From Azolla caroliniana (lineage: Eukaryota; Plantae; Polypodiophyta): DNA of 64,000 nucleotides. Shown here in pieces: positions 12,609 through 25,106 of this stretch. Positions within the stretch are counted from its first letter, which is position 1, and each line of letters starts with the position of its first letter. Under the pieces are notes generated by a model. It had not been told where the DNA came from. It searched no databases and saw only the letters and a list, made by a program, of their open reading frames with translations. Where the stretch lies: positions 21,824,001-21,888,000 of the forward strand of contig JBHGNT010000011.1 of assembly GCA_043228905.1 (NCBI GenBank). Direction: 5' to 3'. Made by a program: the position numbers and the translations under genes.

Positions 12609-12721
12609 TGTAAATTTTGCTCACATTGATTGGTAGGGAAAAATATACTTTGCATTTGTCCATGCCAAAAAAAGGAAATTTTGTTCATAGCATGTTGCAA
12701 TGTAGAACTTAAAAACAAGAA

Positions 12722-13080
12722 CTACGCAAACCACCTTCTTTCGAAGGGGTGGTCAGGAAAAAGGGCGGAAGAGGATGCACCTAGGCCTCCAAGTTTCCCC
12801 TTCTTCTTAACGGGTAGCCAAGGAGCCTCGTCACCCTTGGTTGTCTTGACTTTGCCCGAGGGTCGAGGTCCCGAGCTTCCCTTTCTAGTCTTACGAGGAC
12901 ACTCCTTAGCTAGGTGTCCTGTCTGTTTGCAAATGAAATACTGCCCCGGGAGTCCCTCATAAACCACTTTCACCACTGTGAGACCTAGCTCCTCAGAGTA
13001 GAGTCTAATCCTTGATGGAAGTTCATGGAGGGAAGGCACCAAGATGCGCAACTTGGGCACCTCCACAACTGCACCAAGCT
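12722..13080 (-). mobile_element. LINE ORF1 fragment with zinc knuckle
   Basis: VVYEGLPGQYFICKQTGHLAKECP resembles the CX2CX4HX4C knuckle of plant L1 ORF1, with the first Cys changed to Tyr. Confidence 0.7.
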
Positions 13081-13761
13081 TTACTTATATAATGATAATG
13101 TGAAATGGAGGTGAAAGTCAAGTTAGAGATGAATGGAGATAGTGTTGATAGTCAAATACTTTCAGCCCCAAGTTAAAATTATTGACAATCCAAAAAAACC
13201 GGCAAGCCCATGATCCATTAGTGTTTGGGTGCTTATTTGAATAGTGTAACTCCAACACTCTTATTACATATTATCTTCCAAAAGGTCAAAACAAAGTTAT
13301 AATCTAGGAATCCAAGAGGAATAATTTGGCTTTTAAAAAAAACATTAATGTATTGTTACGAATTGAAAAACGACATAGAAAGGATATGGAATATGTATGT
13401 ATTGTAATGGAGAATAGAAGAAGTCTTTTTAATCATTCAAACACTAGTGCTTTTGAGGCAAAGTTCCTCTTAAATTTTAATAACTAACATCGAAACTATT
13501 CTTTATCGGGTTATTGCTAATTTGCTAATAAAGTGAAATAAAACATATGAGCTTTTTACTAGAGTAATGTTTCTCATCAACTGGAAACCCCATCTTGTAT
13601 AAAAACACGGTTTAAGCTATTGTAGGGGTTGTGCATGTATCAATGTTTTAGTATGTCTTTGTGTATATTGTTTGGTTACATGTGAAAATTTACTAGCAAC
13701 CAAAGTTAATCTTATGAATGAGAGAGCAAACTTGTGTACAATGGCAGAGTGAAGGAATCGT

Positions 13762-16700
13762 TTACATGTGGAGGGTGCAATCTTCGCCACCTTTATAAGA
13801 CATGTTATCATGGCTATCATATTTGTTGTGGAGGAGATTCAATAATTTGTGGTTTGCGGGGCTTTGTTGATCATTACTAGATATGTTTGATGTGGCCTCA
13901 CCCATTGGAGGAGCATTTGAATATGTTGTTAGGCTCTTATCAATAGGATTAAGATTTATTAGACTGTAATGGTTCATGTTGCTTTTATTGATGCCTAGGC
14001 TAAGTTGAGTGTTTGTGGAGAGGTTAGGGTTAAATATTAAGTGACTTTGAGGGTTAGTGTTTTTACTCGTCGAATGGTTGTGAAAATTGGGGCTACCACT
14101 CACAATTTTGCTCCATTGCGAATTCATTGATGGATTGGGGTTAGCACCGTTTGGCAAATTAATGTTTGTGTAGAATCTATTGTGTACATTGTTCGTATTA
14201 GTGTTGGAGTAGTTATGGTTATTGCTATTGATGAGAAATGAAGAGTTGGTTGTTGCTGCAACATGGGTAGCCATTGGCAATGGATGATTGTGAGTTCCCT
14301 CGTATGTCGTTATAAGGATGGATTTATCATCTGCACATCTTTGCACCTACATCACCAATATATTCAATTTTACGTTCAAAATACCAATATAATCCCTACA
14401 AATGCCTACTTCAACTAGGTATTTGTGTATTAACAAAACATGCATAAGTAAATATTAAATAATGAACATTCATATAAAGCTAACCTAAAAGTCACAGGGT
14501 TATAGAATCGTATCCCTAGCTAACTTGATAATACATTAGAATGATATTTTTGGTGTATTATCATGAAAAACCTACCATGCGTACTTCATAGCACTTGCAT
14601 TCAAGTTATGTATGTAGATAGTCCAAAAATGCATAATTTTCTATTGCACATTTGTACACTGAGGTGATAACCAACACCTACTAAAGTATTAGCACCTCCA
14701 CATGATTGAGGTAGAGTATTAGATATAACATAAGACAATGAAGGTGTAATGAGAAGGTAGCTACAAACAATGTAGCATAAAACCAAGTATTTATGTGAAG
14801 CTAATTACATATGATGTCGCATAAGGCTAAGCAAATACACAAACCTAGCTACATATTATGGAGCATAAAGCTATGTTCAGTTACAAATTACAGTGAGACA
14901 ACTATATTATTAACACCATTCATTGACAATCAAAATGACTAATTAGGTGTACATTGGGTGGTGTGACATGTCACAATTAAGGTTGCCCATGAGTGGGCCC
15001 CATGTGTGCCAAACAATTAATTTCAACATGAAAACAAGTTCAAAACGCCGAGGGCATTTGTCCTCATTGTGAAACATATGCCTACTATCATCTAGCCAAC
15101 CATGCCATATGTTGAGAACTACGTCATGAATCTTTCTTAAATCAACCTGATAGATTTATATGTTCTAAAATATAATCCAAATATATTTGATATGCCAAAA
15201 TTTGGAAGTTAATAGTTAAGTATGTGCTTCCCATACCTTCTTAGCCACACATAACTATTATCAAATTTAGATTTGGATTGGCTCACATGTAGCATTTGAA
15301 ATCATGAGAGAGTTAGGATACATGTGATTTCCAACCACTACAATGAATGACATGGAGAACCATATTGATATACCAAATCATTACATGCACATAAACATGA
15401 ATCATGATGATAGAAAGCATAATTATGTCATACACCCACCACATGCATGGATTTTATTAAAGGACACACATATGGAAATTTGTCTATGTATCTCAAATGT
15501 AAGATTCATACCTGTTTGCGAACTGGACAACGAGGTGACATTGTGCAGCGATAATATGATTTGGGACATGGGTTTCCCTTGGCAATCTTTTGTCCATACT
15601 TCCGCCATTGGCATCCATCATTCATCTGCTTGATATATGTGAATGTTCAACTTTAAAAATGAATCAAATGTATAATGCTACATATAAATCATTTACACAT
15701 TGTATTGTTATCAAATGAAAACAATATGCGCATGGCACAAAGGCATTATGATGCACACTACCTTCTAATTTGTGCACAATTAAGGTACAAGATAAGGGGT
15801 TAACAAATAGAAAAACGTAATCACAATTCACAATGAAGTTAAAAAATTTATGTTAATAAAGAGCTATTTTCACTAATTTTATGACACAATGCTACATAGA
15901 ATGACAACTGACGTTGGTATCCATTGTTGGTAATTAACCAACTAATTAAGGTATTGATCTAGGAAATAATGCTAATCAACTATCCTTTCAATCATCTACA
16001 AAGCACTCATAAGTGCTTGACATGTGTATATTGTATTGCCTTGTTTGGTAAATTATGGCTTTGTTTTTCCTATGTAGACTTTTCAAGTAATATACTAAGG
16101 TGCATCTTCCTTCTAAAAAAGAAAGGCTCATTGTCAACATTTATTATTAATATACTAATAATATTATTCTCTCTATGTCCACAAGGATTAATCCATCTCT
16201 ATGTGCTTGACATATCATGTATTTCCTTGTTTGGTAAATTATGGCTTGTTAATATACTTATTGTCAAGATTTGTTATTAATCTACTATATCATTCTCTCT
16301 ATGTTTGCAAAGATTAATTCACATGCAATGTTTCAAGGTATTATTACCATGGGACCATCGCATTTAGCACGTACAGAGACACGAGACTTGGCACGGGCTA
16401 GAGCTTCAGATTCCCCAATATTGGTTGACAAGCTTGCATTTGTTGGAAACTTTGAATTGATTGATGAGGCAGCAATCATCGTGTTATTCTCGATTGGTAT
16501 TGGATTCATGTTAATCTCATTTTGTTCATCACCATTGACATGGTTAACTTGATCAAAATTAACTTTCCTTTTTTTCACGTTTGGCTCGTTGCTTGCATCG
16601 TAACTACTTGTTGTACGAAACTAGTTTTTTTTGTAGTCATCACCATGAACTAATTTAGTGTATCATAATAGAAAATGAAAGATATTTTGAATTAGTTTAA

Positions 16701-19046
16701 TGGGCTAATTTTCTTACCGAAAGGGCCGATAACCCTAAGTCAACGTGCCCAACTTCATCAATACGTGGTTTAGCACGTAATGCTTTCACACGAGCCTCTA
16801 AAACATCGTACTCGCCCACTATATGTGATAGAGACTTTCTCAATTGTTCATTTTCCTTCTTCATTAACTCCATCTTCGCTTGCAATGCAATTACCTAATC
16901 ATTATTGGATCCAATATTTTATGAAAAGGCAATACAATTGTGTATAAAAAACAGGGACCTAATGGTTGTTGCATCACATAAAAGCCATGGATAGTTATGG
17001 ATATTTTCTTGAAATGGTGTGTTTGGCCCAAACCAATGTTTGCTTTTGACTCACAAATTATAAAGTTTTCCACAACCAATAAAATAACATGTTGGTTGAT
17101 ACATAAGCGATCGATACTATGGAATGAGAAACCAATTAAAGTTGCAGCTAAACCTCATAATAATATTGTTCACTTCAACAATGTGTCCCAACCAGGTTTT
17201 TTAAGACTTTGTGATGTTTCATTTGCCATGATTTCATATGCATTATTTTCTTATATGAAACTAATCATGATATTACATCTATCTAGAGTCATTTTGCCTC
17301 TCTTACTCTTTTCCTTGCAAGGCTTTTTAGTATTTCATTGTTTAAACTTGAAAATGTATCAATTTCAATAGGTCGAAAGCTAATTTGTAACAACAATGTG
17401 ATAACATACATGATTGAACAACAAACAACAAGCGGTTTTAAGTGAACACAATATTAAATCAATTCTTGGTTAGAAAATTTGAACCCATGACGGTTAGTAC
17501 TAAAAAATTTAGAACCTTGTTAAAATGACATGAAGATAAGCCATGAATCTATAAGCAAAAATGATGGGGAAATCTATAAACAATAAGGCAAAGTTTGCAC
17601 ATCATGTTTTTTAGGGTGGCCAAATATACTCCCACCAACATCTTAGGGGATAATTAGCTTGTCCTTGTGGTGAATCTTAATTTGATACTTCACGTTTGTT
17701 ATTTACCATAACTTCTAATAGTGTGTCGTCTTTTTAAAGAGTGGTTAATTATACCTATGAAGAATGCACCACTAGTTTTAGAGCATTGGTAAATTTACGA
17801 GGCCAATATACATTGATATTACTCTTGTAAAATTATCTTATAGAGGGTCATCATTTTCACTTATAAGAATACCTAGTCTATTCGATACCAATATGAAAGC
17901 AACCAATCTATTGTTTGCGTTTATATCCAATGTATTTTTGCTAGCAAAGCTAAATGTTAGCTAATTCCTTGAAGTTGATTTTAACATTTTGTACCAAATA
18001 ATCTTTGACAAGAAATGGAGTACGCCATATGATATGACGATTTGTTAACCCAAGTTTCTCTTTACCATTAAGAATTGTATTAGGAACCACATTATGTTTT
18101 TCCCGTTTTTATGTGCGAATATAAATGAATTATATTCAGAAGCATGTAATTGTTTGCCAACATATCAATGTCAAGTGTGACCAGATCGATATGACTTGGT
18201 AGATTATGTGGTCCTTGGAGGGAGAGATTCTTTTTGTTTAGGGAAATCTATATGAGGTCAGGGCCTTTGATACTAAACATTATGTCTAGACTAAGTAGTA
18301 TTCAAGCGTAGTTTTGTGATCAATAATGAGACTTTCTAGAATATGTGATGTGATTTAGATTAAAAACATCACATGAAAGTATAAACATGGACAAAAATTA
18401 CAATCAATCCATGTATTAAAAGAGTACTGTACACATATGAATGCCTATATGTGTATGCGTATGCGCACATATACACAAATACATATTAATGATCAGAACC
18501 ATATAATCTACAGATTAGATATTAAACGCAGCTCTTTAATATAATACCTCCTCCTCCTGCTGCGACGTATGAATTAGTTGGTCATCCTGAATGTCTTCCT
18601 CACGAGTCGCCTGATTAAGGTCATAATCCGATGTAGAAGTAATTGACGAGACGCGATTGACAGTAGAATGATTAGTAGAACTAATCTTACAACTATTAGT
18701 GACGGAACTATTGTGCACAGTGCTGCTTGATCGTGCCATATCGTTCATAATGTGAGATGCGCTCACTCCTGAAGATCCTAGCTTTAAATCCGAGCCACTA
18801 ATAAAATGGCGATCAAGCGTCATTTCCTTCATCACATCCGTACTTCTCAGATTGGGTTGCAGACTCGGATCTGGTGTTAGTGATGATACGATCATCTTCA
18901 AATGTGCCGATTAATCGAAACGAAGGGATAATTAATGAGCGAGATATTCAGAGATTCACTAATACCTCCCCTCTCGACTGGTTGATTAAGGAACTGATGG
19001 AGTAATTAGGGGGTCTGACATTAGGGTCGGCTTCATTTCTGCTCAT
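13762..19046 (-). CDS. Group IIb WRKY transcription factor
   Basis: Exons 18966-19046 (tentative; alternative ATG at 18895), 18548-18895, 16718-16894 (coiled coil [19 protein letters not shown]), 16348-16620 ([13 protein letters not shown]), 15512-15625 ([27 protein letters not shown]...CPVRKQ) and 13762-14346 ([21 protein letters not shown]). The V-type intron position is typical of groups IIa/IIb. Confidence 0.92.
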
Positions 19047-19121
19047 CGTTAATGTCAAACTGCAGAGAACAAAAAAAGGGAGGAAGAAAAATGGAAGGAA
19101 GACTTCGGAGTTGGCCCTAAC

Positions 19122-19130
19122 TTTTATATA
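19122..19130 (-). promoter_or_regulatory. TATA box of the WRKY gene
   Basis: TATATAAAA on the minus strand, about 80 bp upstream of ATG 19046. Confidence 0.6.
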
Positions 19131-19588
19131 GTAAAATAGAGAAAAATATTTAATTAAGTCAAATTAGTCTTCCTAAACATTTTAATTATATTTAATAATA
19201 ATAACTTAAATTTTGATTTTTTATAACTTAATACTATTTATTTTTGTTAAGTTCTAAGAAAAACCAGCCACAACCCCCCCTCACTCCCTTAAACAAATAT
19301 AAAATATTAAAAAAAATGACCCTAGACCCTTAAAAAGGCTTTCTCCGGTCGATGTCCAATGAACCTTCCTTCTTCTTATACATCGTAAAAGAAAAGAAAA
19401 ATGGTTCTTATGATGGTCACATGCCAATTTAACACCCAATTGTCTTTGCATTTTATAATGTTGCTACCCAAATCCTCGCGGGACACGATTGATGCCTCGT
19501 ACCGAAGAACAATAAGAAATCCGAGCACCCAAAAAACCAAGGCCACTTTTCAACTCCGGACTAATTAAATCTGAAGTCGTGCTGACAA

Positions 19589-19623
19589 TGTGTGTGCGTG
19601 CGTGCGTGTGTGTGTGTGTGTGT

Positions 19624-19657
<34 letters not shown>
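19589..19657. repeat. (GT)n(GA)n compound microsatellite
   Basis: Direct reading. Confidence 0.9.
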
Positions 19658-21094
19658 AAGAGATCTATTAATAACGACATCTTATATCTTTTTATTAATA
19701 GAATCCGAGTCAACGTTTCTGATTTTTCAACGTGTAAAATGTTTTTTGGATTTTTTGAGCAGTTGACATTTTGGATCACATTCCAACAAAGCCATTCATC
19801 GTGGGCTCCAAATGAAGCCCCCACACTCAATTTTCTTTTCACAAGCTAGTTTCCTCCTAAGATGAACTCAAAGGATTTGCATAAGCCTCACAAAAGCTAT
19901 ACAAAAACGTTGAAACTATGAAGTCAACATAAATTGAAGTATTTGGCAAACTTTTCAGGTTCCATCATTCAATTTTGAACCTTCATGATTGGACCTTGCA
20001 ACTTGTCATCGCGAACCCAATACCATGGGCTTCTTTGTATTGGACAATGAGATACAAATTTACATTAAACACTTAGATTTTTTCATGGATTTTGAGGATG
20101 CAAGGATACACACTTCTCTCTTTTCCACATAGAAAGTGGAGCATTTTGTTTCAACATCTACTTAATGGTGCATGAGAGTGGAGCTCAACAACAACTTTTA
20201 GTGTTATAATTTCATAATGCGAATAAACTTTAAGAAAACATGGCTCTTCTACTCGAAATAAACAAAGCTAACTTTTTCGAACCAGTTTAAGTTTAAGTTC
20301 TTTAAGTAAGTACCTAGAAGAGATCTAATAAAATCCTTGAGAGTTCATCCCTCCCATAAGTCCATAGTCAACCTTCAAGTTTCAAAATATCGGTATGTTG
20401 TTCGGGTCTTTTGGAAGCCTCACTTGTGCTCATATAGCACCCAGAATCTAAGGAGCATGGCGACAAACATCACGTCCAAACCTAAGCACCCACTCTCTAG
20501 TATAATATCAATCGCTATAACAAAGTATATGCAATATTTATTTCGTTAGTCACCTCACAGAACAATATCATACCCAAAGTCTTAATGTAGATGCCACCAT
20601 TAAAGTCGTCTAGGGTTTTATCTAGGACCAAAAGTGAGCAAATCATGAATGCACAACACACATGTGCAAATATAAAGGCAAATGATGTTGTAATGTAAGT
20701 AAGTATTGTGTATTGGAAGTAGCCATATTGGTTTTTTAAATCTCGTCATGTGCCTTTTTATGTATGTGTAGTATGTACACGTAGATTAATTGTGTGTATA
20801 TGTGTGTGCAAGTATTTGCTATTTTGCAAGTTAGGTTACTTCCTTCTACCATTCTACCATTCACATAATTGCATTGACTCAGAGTGTGTGCCTAATGAAA
20901 AGACAAATAAAAAACTTTAGCAAATGAAATCGACCTAATGACCTAATGAACATTGAGCACAAGTGCACTAGCTAGTGGCATATACATCCCATTTGAAGAT
21001 TTAGCATACACCTAAGTGCTATAGACTAACTCGAGTTGTGAATTTGCATGCAATTAATGAGGCTTGAGTGAAGAAAAATTTACTTTGATACGTT

Positions 21095-21688
21095 TAGCAA
21101 TGGGCCCGGTTCGGTTTCGGTTTATTGGCCTTGAAACCAAACCAAACCATTTATTTATAATAAAAACCAAACCAAACCGTTTGCGAAAAATTTAGAACCA
21201 AACCAAACCATTTTTTAGAGATATTGATTATCATACATATGATGAATTTATGTGAGAAAATCATCATAATTTTGGTTATCACACTTATTATAATTTTGGT
21301 CATTATGTCTATCATAAATTTGGTCATCATACATACCATAAATTTGGTCATCATACTTATCATAATTTTGATAATCATACATTAAAAGGAGATTCTACTT
21401 ATATTGCATATAAAATTTAACAAGTTAGAGCCTAGAGGTTTTAAATTAAAAGTTGAAAGTTAGAGCCTAGAGGTGAAAATTTAAGAATATTTTTTAACCT
21501 ATAAACCTTTAAACCACAGAAACTGAAACCGATAAACCATGAAATTCAAAACCGAACCGAACCGAAACCAAACCGGATCATAACATTTGAAACCAAACCA
21601 AAAGGTTTATTTATCTTTGAACCGATAAACCGTTAAGCCACGGTTTAACGGTTTGGTTCGGTTTGAGCTGAAACCGGGCCCATTGCTA
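21095..21688. mobile_element. Non-autonomous hAT-type DNA transposon (MITE-like)
   Basis: Perfect 17-bp TIR TAGCAATGGGCCCGGTT (21095-21111 and 21672-21688), 8-bp TSD GATACGTT/GATACATT, subterminal AAACC/AACCG repeats and internal ~24-bp repeats. Confidence 0.9.
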
Positions 21689-24600
21689 GATACATTCCAA
21701 CAATTGGACTATAGAGATGGCTAGATGAGCCCTCAACAAGTTCGGTGTGACCCTAAACTTTTTACATGCAAACTATAGTTTTGGAAACCTTGTTTAGATT
21801 TCGTTGAATTTATTCAGAATCTTTTATGTTATTTGATGGAGAAAATTAGATTGTCTTTTATGGTGCCAGACTATTTTACTATATAATGCATATAGATTAA
21901 TCATCTTTTATGAAACACGTTCACATGATTTCATCATAATCAATATAATATTCAAATACAATATTTTATTGGTGGAAATTCTAATTCCATAATAAGCGGT
22001 CAATGTAGAAATGGACAACATAACCAAGCTTGAATTGTCAAGTAAGCATAATAAACCATGATCATCATGTTTGACAACTGTCAGTTTGTCCATCAATATA
22101 TATTTATGAGAAAAACATATAGCCGCAAGTTCATAAAGTGCAATCGTCACCTTTGTGACACTTGGGTTTTGTAAACTCTACCTTTGCTTGTTTACATGAT
22201 GCTATCATAATTTTAATAAATCAAAAGCCTTATAAGGAGGTCCCAATATGCAAATTAAAAGGTTATCTTGAAGAAAAATACATGAACTATACATTCCACA
22301 TGCAACTTATCATGGTTGAAACATCATTCAATTATGTTAGCTACGGTTTGTGAGCTCAAAATAAGGGGCCTTTTAAGGCCCCTTTTTGACACATTATCAA
22401 CATAGAGAAAGGTAGGTACCATGCAAAGGAAGTGTATAAGTTTTAGTTTGAATTGGAAAAGGACTATAATAACAGAATCTTTAAATATAACTTTAGTGCA
22501 CGTGGTTTATAGAGGGTGTATTCGCAAACAAAGATAAATTAGTGGTAAATACTACGATTTCAAAAAAAATGTCTATGTATGAATTTAATGACATTTGTCT
22601 TTGTAACATCCATTTTGCCATAGTACACAATCTATTTTGTTGGATATAAATTGCTTTGATAATCATGTTGCTGTAGTTTTAGCTCACTTAGTCCACTTTG
22701 TAAAAAAATCATTTTCTCTCTCTACAAAAAAATCATACTTTGTGGTCATCACCATCTTGACTTTATGTTTCTTCCATGTGATGTTCTCAAGAACGGTGGA
22801 ATTTGATTACGTTGGCATTATTGATGTATTTGAAGCAATGTGTATACTAATAAGATGTGCTCACACATACAAACATTTATTGAATTATGGCATTGTGACC
22901 ATCAAATTTCTTTTCTTCATTTTTACACTAGACATGCATGACATTTGTAGGTGAATGTTTTTTGTAATATTCTCTATTATATCTACAAAGTTAATAAAAG
23001 TTCAATACTTTTCCTTCATATATTGACAAAATTCAATCAATTGAATACCTATATCAATCTTCCTACCTAAAGCCAATCCTCTTCTCAAATTCCTTATAGC
23101 ACGTTGAATGTTTTTATTATAGTTTATTACTTCTTTTTCTGTTCAACCAATATACATCCCTACTCCATGTGGGTATGGTACGTGTCAAAGCCTCCAACGC
23201 TTCATGTTAGCATCCTTATTATATTCCTCCACAATTTTCCAATACATTGATCAATGGAGGTGGTTGATCAAATACCTCCAATTCTTGAAGATAAATCGTC
23301 TATCGCCTGGTGAACTAAAGATGTGGATCATTCAATCTTTGAAGCTTTCTTGACCATACTTCCTTTTGTTAACCCCACATATAAGAGAAGAAGATTCAAC
23401 GAAGCATTCACGAATGAGAGCCTACCAAATTCTTCCCACAATCCATGCCAAACTTGGTAGCATATTTCTCGTTTCTCGTGCTTCTAGCAATGGAATCTCT
23501 ACTTGGCATGGGTTGCCTATTCACCGAGTGTGTGTGTATGTGCGTGTGTGATGTTTCCAAGGAAATTCCTTTATTTTTCGCATGTCAATAACTTTTAAGT
23601 CTCAATAGCATCCAATCACAATGTGTTATGCAGGAGTGTTTTGTTTATAAGACTATTAAACACTAATGTAAAATTTTAAAATACTTCACCTTGCAAAAAT
23701 ACCTTTATCTTAGACATTCCACCATCATGTGGATAAAGAATTTAGAATAAAATCCACCATACATGAGAAAAGGAGAGAATAACAAAATAATAGATTGGTT
23801 GACCAAACATCACACTTGCTTGACAAAATGAAATAACATGAATTCCGCACAAACAACAATTCACATAGAGAATCATGAGCCCTATACACTCACCTTACAT
23901 TGTAACAAAATAGAACAACGGAGTAGGATTGTGGTAGAAATTGTTCCCTTTTAAGACATAGATTGCCATATTGAAGTTTACAACCTTCAAAAGTCCATTT
24001 AAACTCTCTTGAGTGAAAACTCTTGATGTTTAATGTCTCAATTAGTAGAGATCACATTCATAAAAGTGTATAACGAAAGGTAAGTTTACCTACTAAAGAC
24101 GCATATGGTAACTTAAGTTATACATTCTGGTCCTAATAATGGTGCACACAAGTTCCTTGGTTGCCAATGATCACCATAAATGGACTTAGCCTTCATCAAT
24201 TTGGTTTTTGCATAACTCTAACATTTATTCCCTACACAATCAATTTGTATTTGCATTGTCTTTTATAATAGCGATATACTTTTCAATCCTTAGGTTGTGG
24301 AAAAAGAATTTCTGTCAAGACATGAATGTTTTATTAGTAATAATAGAGCCATTTTGATAACAACATATCCATTTCTTTAGACTACACTTCATATTCATAC
24401 ATTTTATTTGCCACAAATTTCTAATGGACATACAAGATAAGGGCTTAAATATATATATATATATATATTCTTCCAATATTCGGGTTTTGGGTTCGAGCAT
24501 AATGGGCACACTTTATTCTTTGATGACTAAAGTGCCATATTCACATATATGCAAATTCAAGGGTTTCCATTGGTGAATTGCGTCCTTGGCCTCCATAGGC

Positions 24601-25106
24601 TGTAAGACATCCCATGTGGCCATTGTTTGTGGTCTTATGCTCCAACCTTCATCTTGTCCTTGCAGTTGCAAACTTGTGCATCTTCCCTAATCATCCTATA
24701 GTGGTCACATGACCATGTGTTGTACAATGCTGCAAAAGGCACTTAAACAATTTGCAATATAATTGATTGTCCATTTAAGCTCTAAGTTTGGAAGACGAAC
24801 ACTCCAAACACTTATGCAATTGAAACTTGATAGTGTAGACAAGGCCACATGTAAGACTCAAAAAATCAAAAGAATCAAAAGCCTGTTCGACACAAGTCAA
24901 CCAATACTCACTTGAAACCATACAAAATGTGGAATCATCAAAACCAGAAAGCCCACAAAACAATGATAATAAGACAATGTTTGGCTCGTATTTCTTTCAT
25001 AGCAATGAAGGAACAATATTGACTTACAAGCTCTTATAATGGCAATTGAAGACTGATGGATCCAATTTTCCATATTAGTGTGATATAATACCAAGAGTCT
25101 TCAACA

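Noticed and set aside
16010-16320. Degenerate duplication in a WRKY intron, and a 28-bp tandem at ~26207-26265
   Set aside because: Ordinary local slippage duplications with no sign of function.
22000-25000. Possible transposon remnants in AT-rich intergenic DNA
   Set aside because: No termini, TSD or recognisable protein motifs found by eye.
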